This document shows positions 53,660 through 62,775 of a stretch of 64,000 nucleotides of DNA, one piece after another (positions within the stretch are counted from its first letter, which is position 1; the number at the start of each line of letters is the position of its first letter). The translations under genes were made by a program, and so were the position numbers. The notes under the pieces are model-generated. The model ran no database searches. It had not been told where the DNA came from and worked only from the letters and a program-made list of their open reading frames with translations. The DNA lies in the NCBI GenBank assembly GCA_046292385.1, contig JBKBRF010000010.1:32001-96000 (forward strand), read 5' to 3'. Source of the DNA: Armatimonadota bacterium (lineage in GTDB: Bacteria; Armatimonadota; SYMT01).

Positions 53660-56600
53660 TTACTCGCTGCGAAGGGCGCTCATCAGCGGCCCACGCAAGG
53701 CCAGGGCGGTGGCGAGCCAGGTCCACAACAGGCCGGTGAGCAGCACGGCAGCGAGCGTGAGCGAGAGCGACACGTACGGCACTTCCGCACCCGGGGACCG
53801 GAGCGCCGGGAGCACGGCGAGGACTGCCGCGGCGATGCCGACCAGCAGCCCCAGCCCGAGCAGCAGGGAGTGCTCGCTGAAGATGAGCCAGCGCAGCGCC
53901 CGCCCGCGGAACCCGACCGCCCGCAGCACTGCCAGCTCGCTCCGGCGCTCCAGCACGTTCCGCAGCACGATGACGCCGAGACCCAGGCTGCCGAGCAGCA
54001 GGCCCAGCCCGCCGAGCGCCGCGAAGATCGAGAGATAGGTGTTCTCGACGGTGCCGAACAGCGCCAGTCGCTCCGGGGCGGGGGTCAGGTCGAGCCCTGC
54101 GTCGGTCAGCCCGTAGGCCAGCTCTTCCGCCACCGCCGGAGCCTGCTCGCGCGGCGCGTCGACCAGGAAGACCCGGTAGCCGCCGGACGACGGAAACGCC
54201 TCCGTAAAGTGAGCCTCGGAGATGAGGAGCCCGCCCTGCAGGATCGAGTTGGAGAGCACCCCGACGATCCGCAGCGTCCGCGGCTGCCCGCGGTCGTCGA
54301 GCATCACCACCGTGCCGCCGAGCCCCTTGCCGAGCGACCAGACGACGGTATTCACGTCGCCCACCGCCGGGATCTCGCCGTCCGGAAGCGTCCGCTCCAG
54401 CACGCGCCACGGGTCGCGCGGGTTGCCGTCGACCTGCGAGAAGGTAAACGCCTTCCGCTCCGCCAGCGCCGCCGGCTGCACGCCCAGGATGCGCGGGGTC
54501 TGGGCGCGGTTCAGGTTGAGGCAGGTCGCCTCGTCCCCCTCCCGCATCCGGAGCTGCACCAGCTGCGCGCCGGCCAGCTCCTCGCCGTCCAGCCCGAACT
54601 CGTCCCGGCCCGCCGCGCTGCCGAGGTCGTGGTAGACCGGCAGCGCCGTCTCTCCGTAGAAGGCAAAGCCGCCAGTCCCGGACGACCGCTCCTCCGCGTG
54701 GGCGAACGGGTCGTGCCGGTTCGCACCGACCGCGATCACGAGGAAGCTCCCGCAGGCGAGCAGCCCCACCGCCGCGAGGCTGCGGCCCCGGCGCCGGACG
54801 GTGTTGCGGATCCCGAGCCCGGAGAGCGAGAGCCCGCCGGGGTTCGCCCGCTGCTCCAGCCGCGCGAAGAGGGTGCGGCACACCGCGATCCCCGCGATCA
54901 GGAGCAGCCCGCCCGCCCCGAAGAAGTAGCCGGCGGCGCTCTGCGGCGTCGCTCCGAGCGCGAGCCCCGAGAGCGCGGCGGCGCCGAGGACGCAGACGAC
55001 CGCCGTCGGCACTCCGGGAGCGCCTCGTCTTGATCCGGGCTTCTTCGCGGGCTCCGGCTCCAGCTCCGCGCCGGACGCCAGCAGCGCCCGCGCGGGAACC
55101 TGCGCCTGGCGCCGGGAGACGAGCCAGATCGTGAGGAGCGAGACCAGGAACCCGGCCGCGGCCCCGCCCACCAGCGTGAGCGGCTCCACGTGGAAGCGCA
55201 GCGGCGACTCCGCCACCGCCCCGCGCCAGACGGTCGAGAGCCCCAGGATCACCGCCTGCGTGTAGAGGACCCCCAGCGGCGCGCCGAGGACCGCCGCCAG
55301 CAGGGCGATCCCCGCCCCCTCCGCGAGGAGCAGGCGCCGCACGCGGGCCGGGGTGAACCCGAGGGCCAGGAGCACGCCGACCTCCTCGGAGCGCTGCTCC
55401 ACGCCGAGGCCGAAGAGCAGCGCCGCCAGGATGAGCGCCGCCGCGATCAGGAAGAAGCTAAAGCCGAGGAAGAGCTGGCCGAAGTCGAGCGCCTGGCTCG
55501 CGGCGTTCAGCGCGTACTGCCGCACCGGCGTAAAGAAGAGCCCCAGCGTGGAAGGCCCAAGCTCCTGCCGCAGGCGGTCCCGCGCCGCGTCGAGGCCGCC
55601 GCCGGCCGGGTCGAACCGCAGCGCCGTCAGGCTGCCAAACCGGTTCTTCCACATTTCCTGCCCCGCGGCGAGCGTGACGAACGCCTTCGGCGTGCCGCGG
55701 TAGCGGTCCCAGTAGGTCTCGTCCTTGTCCCGGATGCGGTCGAGGTTCACCGGGATCCCGGGCTCCCAGTCCCGGCAGTTCTCCGCGTCCGAGACGCCGG
55801 GGAAGTCCGGCATCAGCGTGCGGTCCGCCGCCGCCCCCGCGATCGGCACTACCTCCCGCACGCGGAAGGTCTTCGCGCGCTCCTCGAGCTGCCGCATCGG
55901 CCCCACCACGAAGTAGCGCAGCGTCACCTCGTCGCCCGCGCGGGCCTGGAGGTCGTCAGCGAGCCATTCGTTCAGGACGATCTCGTCGTCGCGGAGGTCC
56001 GCCGGTCCCGGCGGTGCTTCCATCGCGGCGACCATCGAGTACGGCGTCGCCCGGCCGCCGGCACGCAGCTCGTTCACGAAGTACGTAAGCACGCCGCGCG
56101 CATCCGGCACCGCCTCGCGGGCGATCTGCCCCACCGAGTCATCCAGGAAGACGCGGTCGGTCCGCAGCTCGGCCCGCTGCGTGCCGGAGACGCTGCGCAC
56201 CTCCAGACTGCCGTCCGCCAGCTCCCAGTGACGCGCCAGCGCCTGCCGCGCCTTCTCGCTCGCCGCGGTGGAGACCTCCGCGCCCCCGACCAGCAGCACG
56301 TTGGCGCGGCCTTCCAGCTCGATCTCCCGCTGCAGCCGCTCCAGCGGCACGAAGGCGCTGTACGGCGGGATCTGGTTCGCCTCCAGGCTGAAGCGCCCGA
56401 ACTCCGCGTCGCTCGCGATGGCGGAAACCGGCAGCCGGATCGCGATGGCGGCATCGTCGGTCTTGGAGAGCGGCGCGTCGCGGGAGAGCAGGCTCGGCTT
56501 CTCCACCCGAAGCAGCACCTCGCTGCCGACCTTCGCGCCGAGCTTCCACGCGAGCCGCTCGTTCAGCACCACGCTGTCCGGCTCCGCGCCCGCCGGGGCG

Positions 56601-56965
56601 CGCCCGCCCGGAGCGAGCGCCCAGAACCGCTCGTCCACCCCCGCCACCTGCACCTGGGCGGCGCGCCTCTCGCCCTCGCCGGAAGCGGTCCCCCGCAGCA
56701 GTACCACCGGCGCGGGCGTGGCCCCCAGCTCCGCCGACAGCTCGTCCGCCAGCACCGCCCGGAAGAAGCGGTCGCCGCCCGCCAGCACCTGCGAGACCCC
56801 GCCAATGCGAGAAAGCGCCAGCTCCGTCAGCGAGTGGCGAACCGAGTCCCCCACGGCCAGCGCGCCCACCAGAATGGCGGTGCTCAGGATCGCGCCGAGC
56901 AGCACGCCGAGGTGAGAGCGCCAGTGGAAGCGGAGACCGCGCAGGACGAGCGTTCGAAAAGTCAT
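53660..56965 (-). CDS. Large duplicated FtsX/MacB-type ABC permease
   Basis: Two FtsX motifs EQRSEEVGVLLALGF and ERRSELAVLRAVGF. Confidence 0.88.
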   Translation of the reverse strand: MTFRTLVLRGLRFHWRSHLGVLLGAILSTAILVGALAVGDSVRHSLTELALSRIGGVSQVLAGGDRFFRAVLADELSAELGATPAPVVLLRGTASGEGERRAAQVQVAGVDERFWALAPGGRAPAGAEPDSVVLNERLAWKLGAKVGSEVLLRVEKPSLLSRDAPLSKTDDAAIAIRLPVSAIASDAEFGRFSLEANQIPPYSAFVPLERLQREIELEGRANVLLVGGAEVSTAASEKARQALARHWELADGSLEVRSVSGTQRAELRTDRVFLDDSVGQIAREAVPDARGVLTYFVNELRAGGRATPYSMVAAMEAPPGPADLRDDEIVLNEWLADDLQARAGDEVTLRYFVVGPMRQLEERAKTFRVREVVPIAGAAADRTLMPDFPGVSDAENCRDWEPGIPVNLDRIRDKDETYWDRYRGTPKAFVTLAAGQEMWKNRFGSLTALRFDPAGGGLDAARDRLRQELGPSTLGLFFTPVRQYALNAASQALDFGQLFLGFSFFLIAAALILAALLFGLGVEQRSEEVGVLLALGFTPARVRRLLLAEGAGIALLAAVLGAPLGVLYTQAVILGLSTVWRGAVAESPLRFHVEPLTLVGGAAAGFLVSLLTIWLVSRRQAQVPARALLASGAELEPEPAKKPGSRRGAPGVPTAVVCVLGAAALSGLALGATPQSAAGYFFGAGGLLLIAGIAVCRTLFARLEQRANPGGLSLSGLGIRNTVRRRGRSLAAVGLLACGSFLVIAVGANRHDPFAHAEERSSGTGGFAFYGETALPVYHDLGSAAGRDEFGLDGEELAGAQLVQLRMREGDEATCLNLNRAQTPRILGVQPAALAERKAFTFSQVDGNPRDPWRVLERTLPDGEIPAVGDVNTVVWSLGKGLGGTVVMLDDRGQPRTLRIVGVLSNSILQGGLLISEAHFTEAFPSSGGYRVFLVDAPREQAPAVAEELAYGLTDAGLDLTPAPERLALFGTVENTYLSIFAALGGLGLLLGSLGLGVIVLRNVLERRSELAVLRAVGFRGRALRWLIFSEHSLLLGLGLLVGIAAAVLAVLPALRSPGAEVPYVSLSLTLAAVLLTGLLWTWLATALALRGPLMSALRSE

Positions 56966-56973
56966 GCTGGAAA

Positions 56974-57915
56974 TCAGGCGTTCTGCGACAGGTGCCCCAG
57001 GAACTCGTCCAGCGTCGCCGCGGTGGCAGCCACGCGCTGAAGCTCCCGAAGCCGCTCCTGATCTCTGATCTGGTCGAGCCGATCGGAAACGGTAGCAGGG
57101 AGTGTTCCAAAGCGGGCCGTCAAAGTCTCAACCAGAGCATCGCGGAATCCACGCATGACACCGATTCGCTCTACACTTGTGACGTAAGGCATCACCTGCT
57201 CCTCCTCGTACTCCGCGATCTCGGTTTCGAACCCGAGCTCCAGCTCCTCCGGCAGCGCCATCATCCAATCGATGAAACGGAAGACCTCGATGATCTGTTC
57301 CCGGGTGAAGCCGCGGTGGTACAGTCCTTTTACGATCCGCAGCTTCCACTGAAGCCTCGATTGGGGGTCGTTTCGGGTCGACTGCGTGCGCAGGTGCGCC
57401 ATCACCACGGCAGCAAACAGGTTCCGGCTGCTCTCCAACTCCGCCCAGCGAGCCTCCCAATCGAGCAGCTTCACGACCGGGAACTGCAATCCGGCGCGGC
57501 AGCCCCAGAGGTGGTGCTCGAACCGATCCGGACGCCAATCCGGCTGTGTGTCGCCAAGAACCCCGATGCTCACGACCGGGCGCTGGTACCGGTCGAACAG
57601 CCGGTAGTTGTAAACATACATCCGCCGGGCGAAGCCGGCGTCGGGCTGGCTCTGGACCTCGACGTGGATCAGGACCCACGCTTCCTCGCCTGAGAGCAGC
57701 CAGACCTTCGCGAGCTTGTCGACCACGCGCGGGCCCACCTTGGCGCGACGGACGACCCTCTCCAGCTCCTTGTCCAGAAAGGTATACCCGCGCACCCAGT
57801 CGACTTCTGCGGCGGCTTCCGGAAAGAAGAGCCGGAAGAAGCCGGGGAACTCCAGCTCCAGAGCCTCTTTCCAGGGTCCGTCCAGCTCGTCCGCACGCAC
57901 GCGTTGCCGGGCCAT
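56974..57915 (-). CDS. Rpn/YhgA-like PD-(D/E)xK nuclease (transposase_31/DUF4351-like)
   Basis: DGPWK, VDKL, LIHVEVQ, RMYVYNYR, FIDWMM, MPYVTSVER. Confidence 0.8.
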   Translation of the reverse strand: MARQRVRADELDGPWKEALELEFPGFFRLFFPEAAAEVDWVRGYTFLDKELERVVRRAKVGPRVVDKLAKVWLLSGEEAWVLIHVEVQSQPDAGFARRMYVYNYRLFDRYQRPVVSIGVLGDTQPDWRPDRFEHHLWGCRAGLQFPVVKLLDWEARWAELESSRNLFAAVVMAHLRTQSTRNDPQSRLQWKLRIVKGLYHRGFTREQIIEVFRFIDWMMALPEELELGFETEIAEYEEEQVMPYVTSVERIGVMRGFRDALVETLTARFGTLPATVSDRLDQIRDQERLRELQRVAATAATLDEFLGHLSQNA

Positions 57916-57933
57916 CTCGTCTCCTCGCTCCGG

Positions 57934-58707
57934 CTACGACGGCTCACTCGGCGCCGGCACCAGTCTCCCATTCTCCAGGGCGAGCACGCGCGACATGCGG
58001 CGGGCCAGGCTCATGGCGTGGGTGATGACGACGAGCGCCACGCCTTCCTCGCGGTTCAGCTCGACCAGGAGGTCGGCGAGGTTTTCCGCGGACGCGCGGT
58101 CGAGCGCGCCGGTCGGCTCGTCGGCGAGGAGCAGCGGCGGCTCGTTGATCAGCGCGCGCACCACGGCCGCCCGCTGGCGCTCGCCGCCGGAGAGTTGGCC
58201 GGGGCGGTGGTCCAGCCGCGCTCCGAGGCCGACCCGCTCCAGCAGGCGCCGCGCGCGGGCTTCCGCCGGCTCCCGCCGCTTCTCCGCGCCGCCCGCCAGG
58301 GTCGGTACGAGCACGTTCTCCAGCACGGTGCACTGCGGCAGCAGGTGGTGGAGCTGGAAGATGAAGCCGATCTCGCGGTTGCGCAGCGCCGCCAGTGCCT
58401 GTTCGTCGAGCGAGGTCACGTCCCGGCCCCCCAACCGCACGGTGCCGGCGGTGGGACGGTCGAGCGTGCCGATGATGTTCAGCAGCGTGCTCTTGCCGGA
58501 GCCGGACGGCCCCACGATCGCCACCGACTCGCCCGGCGCGACACGGAGGTCGACTCCGGCCAGCACCCGGGTCGCGTCGCCCGACGCGGCGGTGTAGCTC
58601 TTCTCGACCCCGGCCAGCACCCGGGTCGCGTCGCCCGACGCGGCGGTGTAGCTCTTCTCGACCCCGGCCAGCTCGACCAGTGAACTCCCGCTCGAGGCGT
58701 CACTCAC
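57934..58707 (-). CDS. ABC transporter ATP-binding protein (LolD/MacB-like)
   Basis: GPSGSGKS, LSGGE, LLADEPT. Confidence 0.93.
   Translation of the reverse strand: MSDASSGSSLVELAGVEKSYTAASGDATRVLAGVEKSYTAASGDATRVLAGVDLRVAPGESVAIVGPSGSGKSTLLNIIGTLDRPTAGTVRLGGRDVTSLDEQALAALRNREIGFIFQLHHLLPQCTVLENVLVPTLAGGAEKRREPAEARARRLLERVGLGARLDHRPGQLSGGERQRAAVVRALINEPPLLLADEPTGALDRASAENLADLLVELNREEGVALVVITHAMSLARRMSRVLALENGRLVPAPSEPS
58556..58663. repeat. Perfect 54-bp in-frame tandem duplication
   Basis: LAGVEKSYTAASGDATRV encoded twice by identical DNA. Confidence 0.9.
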
Positions 58708-60019
58708 GTCCGTACCCCGTTTCTTCCTGAACTGTATCCAGCCGGACCCAGCGCCGCGACTTCAGCTCGAACCGGGGAAGTGTGCCGGGCGGGACCAGCT
58801 CCACCGGCACCCGCAGGTTGAACGCGGCCCGCAGCGCCGCCTCCACCTCCCGGGCGAGCTGCGCGGGGGCCTCGCAGCCGGGTGCCGGCTCCAGGTGCAT
58901 CCGCACTTCCGCCATCGCCTCCCGCGTGTAGACCTCCACGCGGTACTCCGCCACCAGGTCGAAGCGCCGCACCGTCTCCTCGAACGCGCTGGGGAAGAGG
59001 TTGACGCCGCGCACCACCACCATCTCGTCGGTGCGGCCGCGGATGCCGCTCTCCAGCGCCAGGTCGTACCGCCCGCAGGCACACGGCACGGTGTCCGACC
59101 GGCGGACGCGGTCGCCGGTCCGGTACCGGAGCAGCGGGGACCCCTTGCGGCCGAGGTTGGTGAGCACCAGCTCGCCTTCCTCGCCGGGGCCGGCATGGGC
59201 GCCGGTCTCGGGGTCGATCACCTCCGCGATGTAGCCCGACTCCAGCACGTGGAGCACCCCCTCGCGGGCAGGACACTCGTAGGTGACCGGGCCGACCTCG
59301 GTCATCCCGTGGTGGTCCTTCAGCCGCGCGCCGGGCCAGAGCGCTTCGATCCGGCGGCGCGTCGAAGGGATGCCGGCCCCCGGCTCCCCGGCCACGACGA
59401 TTGTCCGGACCGAGCTCTCGGAGAGGTCGATCCCCTCCTCCCGCGCCGCCTCGCCCATGCGGAGCGCGTAGGTCGGCGTGCAGCAGAGCGCCGTGACCCG
59501 GTTGTCCAGGATCGCCTTCAGCCGGGCGCCGGTGCTCATGCCGCCGCCCGGCAGGCAGAGGCAGTTCAGCCGGGTGCCGGCTTCGAAGGCGGTCCAGAAG
59601 CCGAGGAACGGCCCGAACGAGAAGGCGAAGAAGATCCGGTCTTCCGCGGTGAGGCCGGACGCGCGGAAGACCTCCACCCAGTTCTCCACCATCCAGCCCC
59701 AGCAGTCGTTCGTATCGAGCCACCGCATCGGGGTGCCGGTGGTGCCGCTGGTCTGGCTGAAGCGGGTGTACCGCTCCAGCGGGTAGGTCAGGTTGCTCCC
59801 GTAGGGCGGATGAGCGCGCTGGTCGTCGACCAGCTCCGCCTTGGTGGTGAACGGCGCGCGCGCGAAGAACGCCGCCAGGTCCGGAACCCCGCCCGCCAGG
59901 CCGGCCGGCTCCAGCTTGCGCGTATAGAAGCGGTTGGACGGTACCAGCTCCGCGACCAGCTCCTGCAAGAGCAGGAGCTGCCGCGCCTCGATCTGCTCCC
60001 GGTCCGGGAACCCCGTCAT
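58700..60019 (-). CDS. Phenylacetate-CoA ligase (PaaK-like) adenylating enzyme
   Basis: TSGTTG, GMTE, RYRTGD, GRTDEM, GVNLFP. Confidence 0.88.
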   Translation of the reverse strand: MTGFPDREQIEARQLLLLQELVAELVPSNRFYTRKLEPAGLAGGVPDLAAFFARAPFTTKAELVDDQRAHPPYGSNLTYPLERYTRFSQTSGTTGTPMRWLDTNDCWGWMVENWVEVFRASGLTAEDRIFFAFSFGPFLGFWTAFEAGTRLNCLCLPGGGMSTGARLKAILDNRVTALCCTPTYALRMGEAAREEGIDLSESSVRTIVVAGEPGAGIPSTRRRIEALWPGARLKDHHGMTEVGPVTYECPAREGVLHVLESGYIAEVIDPETGAHAGPGEEGELVLTNLGRKGSPLLRYRTGDRVRRSDTVPCACGRYDLALESGIRGRTDEMVVVRGVNLFPSAFEETVRRFDLVAEYRVEVYTREAMAEVRMHLEPAPGCEAPAQLAREVEAALRAAFNLRVPVELVPPGTLPRFELKSRRWVRLDTVQEETGYGRE

Positions 60020-60588
60020 TGCGTCTTCGGCTCTCCCACCGGGGCGGCGTGGGCGCTCTTCGCGGGCGCGTGCGCCCCCGGTGGCGGCGGCATCGGCCGG
60101 TAGCGCGTCACCAGGAAGCCGCCCATCGCCGCCAGCCCCAGACCCAGGAAGAACGGCCAGCGGATGGCGGAGACGCCGCCGGCCGGCGGATGCATCGCCA
60201 TGGCGACAATCGCGTTTACGATCGGCGCGCCGGCGAAGACGATCGCCATCACGACCGCCGGCGAGCCTTTGGCTCCAAAGGCGAGGAGCACGCAGAACGC
60301 GCCGATCGCCCCGACGATCCCGGCGATGAGCGACCAGGTCATCCCGCGCATCGGCATCTGCCAGGACGCACCGTTGATCAGCAGCACCACCAGCGGCGCC
60401 AGCACCGCGGTGAGGAAGTAGGCGATCCCCACGAAGAGGAACGCCTTGTAGCGTCCGTTCACCGGGTCGCCCATCGCGGTCTGCCCCGTGTGCAGGAAGA
60501 CTCCGTAGACGCCCCAGGAGGCGACGGTCATCAGGGCGAAGATCAGCCAGGTCATCCCCGGCTGTGAAGATTGCTCGGTCGGCGGCAT
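60016..60588 (-). CDS. Conserved small membrane protein (EamA/DMT-like)
   Basis: About 5 TM segments, WGVYG, VFAGAPIVNA. Confidence 0.7.
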   Translation of the reverse strand: MPPTEQSSQPGMTWLIFALMTVASWGVYGVFLHTGQTAMGDPVNGRYKAFLFVGIAYFLTAVLAPLVVLLINGASWQMPMRGMTWSLIAGIVGAIGAFCVLLAFGAKGSPAVVMAIVFAGAPIVNAIVAMAMHPPAGGVSAIRWPFFLGLGLAAMGGFLVTRYRPMPPPPGAHAPAKSAHAAPVGEPKTQ

Positions 60589-60640
60589 GGAAACTCCTTC
60601 GGACTCTCGATCTTTCGCGCCGCGGCGGGCGCGCTCCGGC

Positions 60641-61102
60641 TCAGGCGCGGACGCCTTCCCCCTCGCTCTCCGGCGGCGCCGTCTCGATCTGTTCGGCGAA
60701 GACGGGCGGGATCGGCACCGCCTTCATGGTGCGGGTCTCCGGATCGAGACAGACGCAGACGGCGGTCACCGACCCGCGCGCCACCTCGAGCGGCGCGTCC
60801 CCGCTCAGCTTGCGGAAGCGGAACTCGTAAGTTAGCGACTTCTCCCGCTTCTCCCGCACCCGGAGGTGGACCTCCACCCGGTCCTCGAAGCGCAGCGGCG
60901 CGCGGTAGTCGCAGCTGACGTTCACGCGCGGCCAGCCGAGGGTGCGCCCCTCGTGCTCGAAGTGGACAGAGAGCCCCAGCGAGCGGAGGAAGGCGTGCTC
61001 CGTGACCTCCATATAGCGGAAGAAGTTGGCGAAGTGCATGATCCCGGCCATGTCGGTCTCCGAGAACTCCACCGTCCGGACCAGCCGGAACTCATGCGCC
61101 AT
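60641..61102 (-). CDS. Hot-dog acyl-CoA thioesterase (4HBT/YbgC family)
   Basis: ETDMAGIMHFANF, YRAPLRF. Confidence 0.9.
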   Translation of the reverse strand: MAHEFRLVRTVEFSETDMAGIMHFANFFRYMEVTEHAFLRSLGLSVHFEHEGRTLGWPRVNVSCDYRAPLRFEDRVEVHLRVREKREKSLTYEFRFRKLSGDAPLEVARGSVTAVCVCLDPETRTMKAVPIPPVFAEQIETAPPESEGEGVRA

Positions 61103-61261
61103 CCCTGCCTCTTTCTACTCTCCGCCGCCGAGCCATTCCGCAGGGAGGTTGGGCACGCGCGCGCCGCCCCCCTGCCCGGAGTGGGTTGAGACTGGATTGA
61201 GCGAAGGAGCGGAGGCCCCGCGGCGAGAAGTGCTCTCCAGTATCTCTCCCCGGAGCTCCCG

Positions 61262-62404
61262 ATGCCGACCTCTCACCCCCCGATCTCCCGCCGCGGCGTC
61301 CTCGGCGGCCTGGCCGGCCTGGCGGCCCTTGCCACGCCCTCTCCCGCCGCGGCCCAGCGCGGCCGGTCCGGGCGCCACGCCTTTCTCGTCCTGATCGACG
61401 GGCTGCGCTGGCAGGAGGTGTTCCGCGGCGCCGACGAGACGCTCCTCTCCAAGGAGGCGGGAGGCGTGGGCGATCCGGACGCACTGCGGCGGGAGTTCTG
61501 GCGCCCCACCGCGGCCGAGCGGCGTCAGGTGCTGATGCCGTTCCTCTGGAGCACGGTCGCCTCCCGCGGGCAGATCCTCGGCAACCGGGACCGCGGCAGC
61601 CAGGCGCGGGTGACCAACGGCTTCCACTTCTCCTACCCCGGCTACAGCGAGATGATCGTGGGGTACCAGGACCCGCGCATCGACAGCAACGACAAGCGCC
61701 CCAACCCCAACGTGACGGTATTCGAGTGGCTGCACGGCAAGCCCGGCTTCCGGAACCGGGTGGCGGCGTTCGGGATGTGGGACGTGGTGCCCTACATCGT
61801 CAACCAGGAGCGCGCCGGCTTCTACGTCAACGCCGGCTGGGACCCGGTCACCGTGGGCAAGCTCTCCGAGGAGCAGAAGCTGATCAACCGCCTCAAGGCG
61901 GAGCTGCCCCGCCACCCGTGGCGCGACTACCCGTACGACGCGCTCCCCTTCCGAGCGATGATGGAGTACGTCAAGGCGAACCGCCCGCGCGCGGCGTGGC
62001 TCACGCTGGGCGAGACCGACGAGTGGGCGCACTCGCGGCGGTACGACCTCTACCTCGACGCCGCTCGCCGCACCGACGGCTTCCTGAAAACGCTCTGGGA
62101 GACGCTGCAGTCGATGCCGGAGTACCGGGACCGCACCACGCTGCTGGTCGCCGTCGACCACGGCCGCGGCCGCACCGGCAAGGACTGGACCTCCCACGGC
62201 AACGACATCCCCGGCGCCGACGAGATCTGGCTCGCCGCGCTCGGCCCGGAGATCGCCCCGCTCGGTGAGCGCGCCCACATCGGAGAAGTCACCCAGGCCC
62301 AGATCGCCGCCACCCTCGCCGCCGCCCTCGGCCACGACTACCATGCCGAGATCCCCAAAGCCGCCCCACCCATCGCGGAGCTGTTCAAAACTGGAACGGG
62401 ATAG
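61262..62404 (+). CDS. Tat-exported alkaline-phosphatase-superfamily protein
   Basis: SRRGVL, IDGLRWQE, SYPGY, TDEWAH, VDHGRG. Confidence 0.8.
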   Translation: MPTSHPPISRRGVLGGLAGLAALATPSPAAAQRGRSGRHAFLVLIDGLRWQEVFRGADETLLSKEAGGVGDPDALRREFWRPTAAERRQVLMPFLWSTVASRGQILGNRDRGSQARVTNGFHFSYPGYSEMIVGYQDPRIDSNDKRPNPNVTVFEWLHGKPGFRNRVAAFGMWDVVPYIVNQERAGFYVNAGWDPVTVGKLSEEQKLINRLKAELPRHPWRDYPYDALPFRAMMEYVKANRPRAAWLTLGETDEWAHSRRYDLYLDAARRTDGFLKTLWETLQSMPEYRDRTTLLVAVDHGRGRTGKDWTSHGNDIPGADEIWLAALGPEIAPLGERAHIGEVTQAQIAATLAAALGHDYHAEIPKAAPPIAELFKTGTG

Positions 62405-62429
62405 AAGCCAAAGCCCGGGAGCCCGGAGA

Positions 62430-62700
62430 CGACAGCGGCGACCGAGCACTCCAGCGAGGTTCCCCTGGCGGGGAAGCGGTGGCGAGCCACCGCACTCCAC
62501 AGACTTCACCGAGGCAGTCTCCCTTTCGGCCAGAGGGAGTGCCTCCCGGGCCGGCTTGTGGAGTGCGAATGCTTGTCCCCCGAACGGGGGGCTTGCTTTC
62601 GCGCCCCGCGCCAGCGGGGCATCCGGAGCCGGCTCCTGATTTCGCCAACAGGCTCTGGCGAGGGGTGGCCACTGGAGCGGCCAGTGAATCGCCGCGACGC
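62430..62700. repeat. Intergenic palindromic repeat cluster
   Basis: AAGCGGTGGCGAGCCACCGCACTCCA hairpin, inverted TGGAGTGCG, GCTTGTCCCCCGAACGGGGG. Confidence 0.6.
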
Positions 62701-62775
62701 AGAAGCCGTTCTCGACAAGCGAGAGAACCTCACTAGACAGCAGGACCCAACCCATCCCACCGCCAACGGGTCCCC

